Assembly: GCF_964355755.1 (NCBI RefSeq) | Contig: NC_092672.1 | Location: forward strand, 15,314,001 to 15,378,000 | Reading direction: 5' to 3' | Length of the DNA: 64,000 bases | DNA from: Antedon mediterranea | Taxonomy: Eukaryota; Animalia; Echinodermata | In this document: positions 26,801-38,799 of the stretch, piece after piece | Position numbering within the stretch: position 1 is the stretch's first letter | Layout of the letters: each line of letters begins with the position of its first letter | Position numbers and translations under genes: made by a program | The notes under the pieces: model-generated | What the model was told of the DNA's origin: nothing | What the model saw: the letters and a program-made list of their open reading frames with translations, nothing else | Database searches by the model: none

Positions 26801-28000
26801 CTTTCCAATATCATCTTGCACAGAATCACCATTAAACAGTTGAGCCTTTCCAATATCATCTTGCACAGAATCACCATTAAACAGTTGAGCCTTTCCAATA
26901 TCATCTTGCACAGAATCACCATTATCAGAAATTAAGTTTGGGATCCCTTCTTTGCTTTTAGATCGACTTTTAGTTGCAAAATTTCTATCTTACAAATTTC
27001 CTCCATTTTACCTCCTCATCCGCTTCTTGCTTTTGGTATACTTCTTCCAACTTTTATTTTTCTTATTTATGGCTTTCAAACAGTCCTTATTCATCCACAA
27101 AGGATTAGAATTATCTCTTTTCTTTCTCAAGGGTATATGATTCTCAATAGATTTATTTAGTAAGTCCTCCATATAAGACCATGACTCAATTCCGGAACGA
27201 TGACTTAGTTTATCAGCCCAATCAACAGTGTTAAATATATTTATCATTTTGTCATAATCACCATGTGTGATCTAACAAATTGTGCATCTTTAGCTACTCT
27301 GAAGACAGGCATTTCAAATGTCAAAATGACATGATCGCTATTACCCAGAGGAGAGCAGAATTTCACATTATCAATAAAATCTTCATACGTAAATATCAAA
27401 TCTAATAAACTAGAACTTTGGCACTCATGAAATCTGATATGTTCTTTTGTTGGTGAAGAAAAAGATCATTAACACAATCAAAAAAGTGCTGACCCGCACT
27501 GCTAACTTTATTACCAAGATGGCCCAGTTCCCAATTAATTCCTCTATAGTTAAAATCTCCTGCAATTACAACATCTGAATAATTTCGACCTAATGCCAAT
27601 TTCAGTAATGTACATAAATTGCTATTATTTGTATCCGTGCCAGATGGACTTCTGTAAATGCCACCAACTAGAATTTTAGAACTCTGTGTCAATACTTCAA
27701 CCCAAACAGATTCCTGAAATGTTCCACTATCTAAATCAACCAAGCTAGCTGAAATCCCCTTCCTCACATATATTACTACTCCACGACCTCCAGTTAAATT
27801 TTCCGAAGAAAGAAACATTTGATATCCATTTAAACTAAATTCAACTGACATAAGTTGGGTTAGTGTAAACTTCGGAAATATTTCAAAATTTTCTTCTGTT
27901 AATCTATTCTCAACTCATACTCATAACTCATTCTTCTTGTTTAAAAGAGAATCACAGTTTGTGTAACAAAATTTAAAAATGCTTTTAAAAATGTGCAACA
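23863..28000 (-). mobile_element. CR1-clade LINE, ORF2 (APE endonuclease + reverse transcriptase), pseudogenised
   Basis: EN motifs YTNCDSLLNK, GRGVVIYV, ESVW, IYRSPS, IAGDFN. RT motifs QGSVLGPILF and LFADDTK. C-terminus VRPTLEYC..LEKVQQRAT..TRGHSYKL..WNSL. 3' (AAGT)n-like tail at 23863-23885. Confidence 0.93.
25438..26928. repeat. Minisatellite of 33 units of 45 bp (two are 44 bp) inside CR1 ORF2
   Basis: Unit attaaacagttgagcctttccaatatcatcttgcacagaatcacc, which reads GDSVQDDIGKAQLFN on the minus strand. 1483 bp between first and last atta = 31x45 + 2x44. Confidence 0.97.
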
Positions 28001-29662
28001 ATATTCTGGGAAAGAAATAAGAATAAGATTAAAAAAAAATAACCTGACAATAACAAGCCAAGTGTAGATAACCAATAAGATAGAAAAAAACAAAACAAGA
28101 TCCTGACAATAACAAGGTGTTATCCGCCAAGTACGGATAACCAATTGATACAGACATTATTAAGTGTGTGTTAATGTCTTGTGACTATTATTTTGAATCA
28201 AATTTTAATATTCTACTTAGCGTAGTTCTATTTATTCTACCACTATAATTATTCTACCATATGAAAGGTAATTAAAGTAGCTTTATCAACTTAATTGTTC
28301 ATTACTTTTTATACCTGTAGAGATAGTATCAATCATGGACCATTTACCAGTAGGTTTTGAACAATTACCAAACAGGAAAAATGTTTACTCCAAAATAATT
28401 GTTGACTAGAGGCACTTAACATGGACCATTCCTTTGTTTGCTATGAGAATGAAAGTAATCAATTCAAATTGTTATTACTGATGAAAATACAAAAAGGTAT
28501 AGAAAATATACTGTACTTTGTCAATGAAGCTATGCTAATACAGGTTCATTCATTCATTCTGCTTTTATTCAATATTTCTCTTTGCAGTATATATAAAATA
28601 AAACTGAATTGCGAGAGATTTACATATAAAATTGGTACAAGCTTTCAAACATCAAAATTTACAACATTAAAAAGTTAAAAAGTTAAAACAAAAATATTTT
28701 TAAAAAGGAGATATTACACATGGAAAAAACTGATGAAAGTACTTATTACTTATTATTATTATTATTGTTGTTCTTATGCCCGAAATGTGTTTATTTTGGT
28801 TTATTAATTAGTCTACACAGTGCTGGGAAACATGAGTTGTTGAATCTTTAATATTGCCATATATTTCACTTTGCTTCTTAGCATTCCTAAGTATCCTGCC
28901 ACACGTTTCGCCTCTCAATTTAGGAAGTGCGTTAGGGACGATTTTGTTAAGATTTTTAGCAAAATCAAGAAGAATATCTTCTCTTCTTTGATCTAAAAAT
29001 TTAAGATTAAGTAGTTTAATTGCTTGATCATAAGATGCATATTTTTGTCCGAGAATTATTCTACATGCGCGTTTCTGTATAGATTCAAGCTCCATGGATT
29101 GAAATATACATTTGACGCAGATGGTTACAAGGCATTCCAAATCTTTTTAAACATGTCAACATATGTAATCTCTTACTGGCTCTATTAACAACATCGTGGA
29201 CATGCATATTCCATTTCAGATCATTAGTGATCTGAACCCCAAGTAACTTTAAGCATTCAACATTGGTTATTTTTATATTATTTATCGTAAATGATTTAAC
29301 AATGGGTTGAGATTTGGCAAAAGAAATGTTCATAAAGTTACTTTTTTCAATATTAATTATCAAATTATTGTCTTTGGTCCATTGTGATAGTTCATTTAAT
29401 TGATCTTGAACATTAGGCGGGGTTTTCTTGTTGTGAACTTCACATATTGACAAATCATCTATATACTTCCACCGATTTGGGAAGTCTCTAAGCGAATTGT
29501 TAACCATTACTTGGAAAATTAAGGGACCCAGTTTCGTTCCCCTGAGGAACTCCGCAAGTTATTCCTTGCCAGTTTGAAAAACCGCCATTGAGTTTCACTC
29601 TCTGTTTACGTTCGCTCAGAAAATCACAAATCCACAGCATCAATTCAGGTTGAACTCCAATA

Positions 29663-30512
29663 CAGGGGTGGCGCCAGGATCTTCCCGACGCGGGGGCTAC
29701 ATTCCCCGACGAGAGGGCTATGCGAGCATCACTAGGCTGGGGGCCAGGGGGCCGCCAAGGGCCCCCGGTGGGGGGCGAAGCCCCCGGAAGCAACGCGTCA
29801 TTTGAGGTCATTTTAATCAGATTTAGGGTAGCCATTTTTTCCATTTTTTTATAATTCATAAATAAAATACTGCGTGCAAAAAAACGATGCGTTTCAATCC
29901 ATATTTTTCAATTTAAAAAATAAAAGTTCAAAGAAAATTTAGAAAAATAGAGTTGGAGGTCCCGGAAATTGGACTTATTATACTTCAAAACATGAAACAA
30001 AATATATAAGTCCCTATCAGGGTTGTGACTGAGCTAAGAAATGTTTGAAAAATAGAGATGTTAGGTCCCGGAAAATGCACTTCTTGTACTTCGAAATATG
30101 ACCAGCTTTATTGTTGAGGCTGAGCTAAGAAACTGTTTAAAACTAGAGCTGCAGGTCTTCAAAAAATTGCATTTTATACTTTGGTTGGAAACATCAGGCC
30201 TAGAGGCTTAAAAAACGCAAGCGTAGACCTTTTTCAGTCGGGGAAATAAGTTTATTCCTCCCAAGGGTATGCGTGCGTACCATCTGGACTTCCGAGTGGT
30301 GAGAAATTCATGACATACAGGACATTGAAAATGTAATAACTTAGCTATAATAAGATGTTGGCTAAGCGAAAATGGCATGTTTTTTTGTTTAGTAATGCAT
30401 GAAAAATTTATTTTAGGTGCCCCACGGTACAGAAGGTTACTTGTAAATTAAAAAATTGGTGAACATACGAACAATTAACATAATTCGTTTTTGCTGTAGA
30501 GTAGCGTACGAG
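29663..30512 (+). mobile_element. hAT-like MITE (cagggg/cagcgg-tggcgcc terminus), one-ended, in the LINE RT
   Basis: Begins caggggtggcgccaggatcttcccgacgcgggggctac. Collinear in reverse complement with ~48520-49116. The other end is lost together with LINE RT sequence. Confidence 0.7.
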
Positions 30513-31329
30513 ACAAAGTGTTCTAGCATGCGTACAAAAATTGGTGTAATGGATATGGGTCTGATTTGATTTAAGTTAACCGGTCCTTTCACTTTAAGAA
30601 GTGGGGTTATGGTCGCCTCTTTCCACTTGCGCGGGACTATGCCTTGCGAGAGTGATGCGTTGTAGATGTCAACTAACGGTGATGCAATTTCAAATGCAAA
30701 TTCTTTGATGACGCGAGGCGGTAGATCACTCGGGGCTGATTTGTTGCAGTTTATTTTCTGAAGCTGATGATACACCTGCCAGAAGTTGAGTGTCGGTGCA
30801 TAGCCACAAGGAAGGTATGATGGTAGACTATTAGTTTGTAGGGGTTCAATCTTCTGGCATATATTCGCTAGGTGGTTATTTATTAGTTGGCAAATTTTAA
30901 GCGGATCGGTTTCTTCAGTTTCTAGATTCAACACCGATTTCTTTTTATTCGTACCGCATATTTGGTTAACTTTTTGGAACCACTGCTTTGCGTTAGTGTT
31001 TTGCAGATTGTTAACTTCGTATTTGTAGTATTTAATCTTGGTTTCTAAGTGTACGGAACTGGCGGGACAATTTTCCATATTTATGAAAGCTAATTTGTCT
31101 CTCCTTACAAAGTCTTTTTATTTTTGGTGTGATCCATGGTTTGTCATTTGAATGAACTTTAATACTGCGCTTTGGAAAACAACGTTCGTATGCCAGACAT
31201 AATGTTGATTCGAAAATATTTACTTTTTCATCAAGGTCGTTGGTTTCCAGTATTTCATGTCAATCTTGTGATGTTATCCATTGACCAAATCTATTGCAAG
31301 CAGATTCGCTAAAAGGCCGGAAAGACTTA

Positions 31330-33178
31330 GGCGTCATGTCAAAATGTTTAAAAACGATGACTATGCGTGAAACGCGTATTCTTTTGTTCTTTAAACTTGA
31401 CCGTACTTCCAATTGTGAAACAACGTGAAAAACGCTAATATGCACAGCTCAATATTAGTCCCGCCCCCACTGTATGCTTGACTAAATATTTGCATAAACG
31501 CGTTAAACATAACAATAATAAATCGTTTTTTTCGTTACACGCGTATATTTCGTTTAAAAAAACAAAAAACTAAATCGTAAAAGTAAGTTGGTACGTTGTC
31601 AATCGATCGCCGCTAGGCCGTACATACGCTGAACCTAGGTACGTAGTAGCCTAGGTCCAACCTATCCTTGATTTAAGGTGCGTTGCGATCTCATAATACA
31701 TAACAATTATTAACCTAAAAAACAATGAAATCGCAGATAGCCGAATGTGTAATAACTGTAAAATGCAACTGTAATACAAATAAAATACCTATTTAAAGTT
31801 TGCTCAGTAAACAACAAAAGCCGATCACTCTTCTTGGCAGCCCATCATTCTCGCCGCAGCGCCATTATAGTGCGATGTTGATAGGTGGAGTATTGAGTCG
31901 TTTTTATGATTGATACTCCACTGCCCACGTTTTTATACTAAAACTACTGTCAAAACTTAACCAAGAAAATGAATTTCTACTGCTACCACAGTTCAATTTC
32001 TACTGTTATAACATTTTTTTGTAATGCTTTTGTATACAGTCTTTAATAATCCTAATTAATAAATTATCTACGCGTCGATCGTAGGGTGGTGCGTAGGGTT
32101 AGTAAACACCATTGTTATCGCCTTTAGAAGCATGGACATTGCAAACAAACAATGTTTTGTTCGCTATTTAAAATCCTATCTAAAGCTAGAAGACGTCAAT
32201 TTTTGTAGCCGCCCTATGCTGTTAGGTGAACCTAATTTGGCCGGTCATCCGCCGACGAGACGACATCGGGCCCGTTGGGAAAGGGGCCTTTAGCTCACGC
32301 AGAGTTGGGTTAGCGAATTATAACCAAAAAAAAGACATCTAGGCTAGGACACCAACAAAATATATGCAAAATAAATATATATTCCATGTTAAGATTTAAG
32401 ATAGGCTTTTTAAATAATCATTACATGGGTAAAGAAAATGCCCGACAGGAATTTGGATGGAGGGAAGAAAACATGTGACTCTGAGAGGTTGCGGTAAACA
32501 GCAAAGAGTATCGTGTTTCATGCCATGTGACCAAAAAAAAACTAGGTCTGTACTTTTAATTACGGTCTTCTGTCGGCAGTCTTTTTGAGCGACCGATTGA
32601 ACGTTCTGATACTAGATACTGGACTATATTATTTTTATTTTTCACGCCGCCATTTTTAACATCTTTTTTTTGCCGACGTACTTTTGTTTAAGGGCTGCGT
32701 AAAGCCTAACATTTTTCTTGTGCAATGGAAAACTGCGCGTGCGAATACGTGAAATGTTTGATTCACACGACTAAATTCGCCTAGTGGAAAACAGGCTTTA
32801 AGAATTTCGTTTTCAATGCGAACGTCTACGAAAACTGCATTAAACGAGGCGCTTAATGTGTATAGGCTACTTCAGTTTTGTTAAGAAAAATATTTATATT
32901 ATTTTTGGATTTAGGGTGGGGAGGACTATAACTTATCGTGACGATTTTTCAATCATAAAATAAAACGGGACACAATGACTTATAACTAGAGGCCTAATGT
33001 ATTTTAAAAATATTCCATACCGAACGATTTATTCAAATAAAGAACATTTTTTATTAATTATTTTTTCCCAAACAAACTAAAGACAAGATGACAAAAACCA
33101 CCAATTGAAATTAAACAAAACTTTTATTAAACATTTTTAGTATCTATAATAATATATAATTATTTTTGTTTTCTTTCG

Positions 33179-33234
<56 letters not shown>

Positions 33235-36113
33235 GTATGTTAAACTAAATGATCCAGAGCATGATCCTATAGAAATAAATGTTGTTATTTTGCAAAGCAT
33301 TGTTTTGTTGAAGCTTTTGTTATTTATTGATCCATGAATAATATGTGGTGGTTAAAATAGGAATTCGTAAAATAGCACAGCTTTTACATTCAGGAAATAA
33401 AACTAAAACGCATAGCATCATAATATACAAAAAAAATGAACCGATGTTTTTTTCACTTTTAAACAATGATTGTACCATCATTGTACTGTTGTACATAGTC
33501 CTATACAAAAATGAGTAAAGAAAATTATTAACAGAAACTTGACGATGAACTTACTCTATAATAATACCAATAAAGAATCAAAGGTAATAATAATCAGCGT
33601 GATTTGATCAGGGAGATTTTACATCTCCCTGATTTGAAATACAGAAGGCATGATACAAAACCAGAGCAACATGTTTTAACTGTATTATATAAACCGTATT
33701 TACGTTACTGTATATTTTTGGCAGCGGAAACGGCGCTCCAAAAGATATACCGTATTTTCCCAACCACATTTGTGGATAAAATTCAGTATTCATAAATTTA
33801 TACTGTATTTTGAGTACCCTTTTCTGCGCCAATAAAAAAAGACCGTTATTTTAATTTGCTGAGTTAAAATGTTGAACATTTAATTTTCACAATGTAATAA
33901 TACTTAATAGTGCACAGGAAGAGACTGTTTATGTAGTTAATTTATGCAAGCATCCACATATTGTTCATTTGGCTAGTAGTCTTTTGTGTCTATTGTCCTT
34001 CTATTCTGCATTATGCTGATTAATTCATTTCTTTGGTTAAGTGAAATGTCAACTTACTATTTTTTTGTAGACATACCGTAGGTTGCATCGTTTAATAATA
34101 TTATAATTGTTATTTTTTTGTAAACAAAATATTGTCCCCTTATAAAATCACAAAAAAATGTTTTTTTTTGCGATGACGTCATTATACGTTTCACATTCAT
34201 TTACGCGAATCTCGCGATGTCAGTGTGCTAGACCATTATCTTTCCGGAAGAAAACGTCATCACGTCAAAAAATTTGAATGATGTGGGTCACCTATTTTTA
34301 TCTTTGCAGTATTTTATCAATCAATCAATTTTAATCTGTTATAGCTCCTCCGAATAAAAAGTGATACCCATGAATGTGTATACTGTACAATGACCCAAAA
34401 TATACAGAATTCACCATATAAAAACAAAATATTATATGATTTTATTCTATAATAATTCTAATAATAATTTTCTGTGCGCAATATTCTAAAGTAAGTAACG
34501 TAATGACGTGCAAGCAAGTGGATTTTGCTGTGCAGATAACTAAACTCGTCAAAGTAGGCCTAACGAGTTCAAGTCTAGTTTAATTCGTTTATTTATTTTA
34601 AATTGTAATATTATTTTAACTTGGATGGCGATCAGTTGATAAGTAATTTTTTTTTTTTAGGGCCAACGTGGCCAATAAGCTTAAGAATGTCTTTTTAAGG
34701 GGTCAAAAAGCTTGCTGAATGCTGCTGGCCTACACCTACCATGTTGTTCGTTTAGGCGACCCACCTAGGCGTATTAAATTAGTCAACAAAGCAAAGACAG
34801 TAGCCTACTATTGTTTTATTCGAATATGCTTTGTTTTATTTATCTTTTAAGAACAATGGCATTTGCGTGTGGCTTTTGTTTCGGAACTGAATATAGTACG
34901 TCCATGAGTTGGGAGGTCTAAGTTACAAAAGTTATTCGAAATTACGGATTACATCTCGGGTCCTCCGTGCGTGGAGTATGTTTTAGTTACCATATGAAGG
35001 AATATATATATTTATTGTAAATATTGTATTTATTTTGACCACTTTGACCCTGGGAAAATAAACGAGGAACATTGGTGGATTTTAGTTTTTTCAATTGTTT
35101 TATTATGAATAGCCTATATAGCATAGACCTACCAGTAACATTTCAAGTTTATTTGTTGTTTATTAGGCCTATTACTATTCTAGCTTTGTTCTCTAAAATG
35201 TAATAACTACGAAACACCCTACTTATCAAACTCTCATAATGGTCATAACTGAAAAACAACTTCAGTATAGTATAGTATAATTAAATAAATCTTTTATAAA
35301 TCTGATTTTCATAAACAGCAGAGCACATGTACATAATATGCATAGGGTGGAAGAACATTTAAAGAAAGAGCCTGTTATTGCTAGGTATGCGCGTAAAACA
35401 AAACAGTCCTTTGTATCCACGGCAGAGCACGTGTACACAATATGCATAGGGTGGAAGAACGTTTAAGGAAACGGTCCTCTGCCGATCCTTTGGATCGTCG
35501 GAGCACATGGCCAAAACAATGTCGTTTCTTAATATGCGCACAACCATGTGACATTGACTGAATTGATAATATAAATTAATGAAGTATTTTATGATGATAA
35601 TCATAAAATAAGGACACACTTAACATATAAACAATGCATACATTTCAAAGAACTAAAATACTGAATCTTCCTAAACATTCAAATCAAGCTATTTAGTATT
35701 ATATTCGGCTATACAAAAAAACCCGTATACGGTACAGTATAGGCTAAATGAAGCCTACGGGGTTTCCCCATTTATTTTATGTATGTATACGTACACGACA
35801 GTATATGTATAGACCGGGGAATAGGTCTACATTATCAGCCGATTTCTTTGTTGTCATAGGACCTGACCCTAAAAACGCATTTTTATCGTTGTGTTCGACG
35901 CAAAATCGATTTCAAAATAGTATTACATTGAACCGCGATGTTCGCGTTAATCGCGTCTTTTTACCGACGTAATAGTAGGCGGTCCTAAGCTTTGAATATT
36001 TAATGAGTACAATTAATGAGCTTGATTAAGACGTTTAACGCGTTAAACGGTCAAAGAAATCTGAACCGCGTTTCACGCATAATTATCGTTTTGAAACATT
36101 TTGACATGACGCC
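31330..36113. mobile_element. PIF/Harbinger family-A-related element (4.8 kb, with nested repeats)
   Basis: ~47-bp TIRs ggcgtcatgtcaaaatgttt.aaaacgat.a.tatgcgtgaaacgcg. TTA TSD at 31327-31329 and 36114-36116. Removing it restores the LINE frame KGHNDIK-SFRPFSES. Confidence 0.9.
33179..33230. repeat. (ATT)n microsatellite
   Basis: About 17 perfect trinucleotide units. Confidence 0.95.
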
Positions 36114-36926
36114 TTAATATCATTGTGGCCCTTAATGCAGACGAATCCAGGTTTTGGTTTCCATAAAATCGAATTATGGTCACTACGACCAAAGGGTGCA
36201 TGAACAACCGGTTCTTCGTAATGTTGATAAAAGTTAGTTATAAGCAAGTCCAGAATATTACCACTGTTGTCCCTAGTTGATGTTTTGACAACTTGTCGAA
36301 GACCAGTTGACGAGCAAAATTGTTTAACTTTCGCGCGGGCTTCGTTAAAATCACCAATGAGAATCGCCGCTGACGGTGATGATGTTCTAATGCTGTCAAC
36401 GGATTCTCTTAAATAACGAAGAAGTGTTGTTTGTGTACTAACTGGTTGTCCAGGGCTGTAATAAATAATACACAAATGTAAGGATGACATGATCCGTGGC
36501 GTTTTTGGTAGCGATACTTTAATCCACATACCTTCCAGAACATCTGGAATAGGAATAGGATTGATTGTGCGAGCTTTGATAGTATCCTTAATTAGTGCAG
36601 CTACGCCACCCCCTATACGATCACTCCGTCCACTACTAAAACAAGAGTATCCGTCGATATTAATTTTGTGTTCGTTTTCTTTATTAGTCCATGATTCACT
36701 AAACAGGCCAATGTCAATATGTTTATCTTCCAAATGCATAGAAATTTCATCAATCTTATTCATTATAGACCGACCATGGATTTGTAAGCATAACTATTGG
36801 AAACTGACTAGGCTTACATTTCCGCTGTTCATCTATTACGCTATAAGTGGTGGATGCTTTTTGTAACGTTCGTAAGTTGTATAGGTTCCGCGTCCTCTTT
36901 TCGATACCGGTAATAGGCCTACAGTT

Positions 36927-37226
36927 TCATGTATAACAATTAGAAGTCGTCATTACACGTATTCGCCTTTTTGTTCCACCGCGAACTCCCCTCCGTCTCC
37001 AACGCTTACGTTGTTCAACAAATGGGAACTTGGTATGCGGCGGTGCACCTGTGTTGAGCTTGAATGCATTCCTTGCATACAAGACTTGTTTGCGTAACAC
37101 TGCCTGATTGGTACGGCTAAACATTTCATACAGTAATACTGTAGCACCAAAAACACCAAACAACACCAAAAATACCCTCAAAACGACATCAAAATGAAAC
37201 AGAAATGTTAAAAAACGATGAAACAA
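36927..37226 (-). pseudogene. N-terminal leader of the LINE ORF (hydrophobic stretch plus RRRGVRGG basic motif)
   Basis: Lies directly upstream of the EN domain. RKRWRRRGVRGG-type motifs precede the endonuclease in short L2/Rex-like LINEs. Confidence 0.55.
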
Positions 37227-37629
37227 AAGTTATATACAGTACAAAAACCACATATGTACGTATATGCTGGTCGGAGAGCCGCTAAATTAGCGCTGCCGAG
37301 TCAAGTACGTCTACTCCCTTTGACGTCAACTATTAATGATGGTACAGGTACAGTTTAGTTCTTGTCTGTAGGTTCCGATTTAACTATAAAGCAATTAAGA
37401 AATTTCAAAATATCAATTCTACAAACTTCCATTGTTTTGTGTTTCAGTCGCTTCTCGTATTACTTTTATTCTGTTGGCTACAAATGTGTGGTACCTTGCT
37501 TTATCATTAGCGATGTAAGAAGGAATGGCGGTGCTATCGGTCCAATAGAACAAACAAGATTGTTTTACATTAAGACGTTAGCTCATTTTGTACAGCAAAT
37601 TTACTTTCACAGCCATAGTTGCTGCCGTC

Positions 37630-38502
37630 AATAGAGAGAAATGGTGAACCGCGATGACGTCACTCAAATTTCACCGAGTGGGTATAGATTGTAAACAAAC
37701 CATTTCTCGCCACATGTTTTTGTATGGGAAATTCCGATGGGTTGAGTTAAAAAGGTAGTTAGAAAAGAACGTTTAAAACACACGTAATAGCAGTATCTTT
37801 TTTTTTTGCAACACCCTTAACAATTTTAATGTTATATGGGCAAATCTTAACATATTTTATTTCAATTTGGATTGAATTAAGACGCGTTTTTGTTATATAC
37901 TGTACCACCCAGCTCTAGGCCCTAGATAGTTTCGCTGATGCTGTGTTGACCTCGAGTAGGCATACTCGAGCAAGCCTACTCGAGCGAGCCTAGCACGGAT
38001 TATCGGTTATTATAATAATAATAATAATATTGGAAATTCTTTATTGCATACTGTACTACTTTCTACTACTTTAGCTAGGGTGCTGCTAGGCCTCTCCTAG
38101 CTAGGTAGTAAGACTAAATAGAGCATCTCTAGTAGACACGTAGGCCTAGCATTTAGTTTCAGCTTGACAACTGCCATTTTGTTATGTGGCTAGTGATGCT
38201 TCCTGCCGGGGGGCTACCGCCAGTAATGAATACTCGATAAGACCATTCTACTATAATACTATAGGCCTAGTCTAGTGTAGACCTACAGATAGATATGAGA
38301 TATTTTTAGGAATATGATTGTGAATGATGGATGACTAAATACACAAATAGAAAAAGAATTATGAGCGATACACAGCAACAACATTGGTTAGACGACGCCA
38401 TGATTCACGTGTATAAACATAGGAAATGTGCCGCCCTCAACGGTTTGTTATGATTTTATACCCACTCGGATTTTAGACGTCGGTTCGCCATTTCTCTCTA
38501 TT
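37630..38502. mobile_element. MITE with ~70-bp imperfect TIRs
   Basis: aatagagagaaatggtgaaccg..ccgagtgggtata..acaaacc versus ggtttgt..tatacccactcgg..cggttcgccatttctctctatt. Superfamily uncertain. Confidence 0.75.
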
Positions 38503-38799
38503 CCATTTTTGGTATTGTGAACGTATTCTTGCCTGTCATTTCATTTCATTATTTATTTGGTCTATTTAAGTATATACAAAACAAAAAAACTGAAATTAGA
38601 GAGACCAGGGTCAACCTAAGTGAACTGTAATTAAGTAATCACTGTAGCTGAGCCGGTTGACCCAACCCCAAAGTCAGTTTACACATAAAAGACATAAAGA
38701 CAAAATACAGTTACAGCGAAACAGAAACATTTACTGACTGTCTTGGGTAACTAACACAACTGGGTACAAGCAAGATTACCAAAGTGAACTGGTATATAG

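Larger units (their letters stand above)
28743..37315 (-). mobile_element. Near full-length L2/Daphne/Rex-like LINE, interrupted by two DNA-transposon insertions
   Basis: EN at 36116-36800 (SESW, IGGGVA, IGDFN, ILDLLITN, SDHN). Linker/RT at 30510-31329 (WKEATITPLLK, IRPISIT). RT at 29085-29662 (GVPQG, KYIDDL, KLLGV) and LESIQKRACRII. (TAA)n tail at 28743-28770. Confidence 0.9.

Noticed and set aside
25401-26935. Long repetitive ORFs (up to 414 aa) on both strands; CRISPR-like appearance
   Set aside because: They are by-products of a stop-free 45-bp minisatellite. Units are contiguous with no unique spacers, and there are no cas genes.
29500-29859. 119-aa ORF with a Pro-rich N-terminus fused to RT
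   Set aside because: Chance read-through from the inserted MITE into the LINE RT frame.
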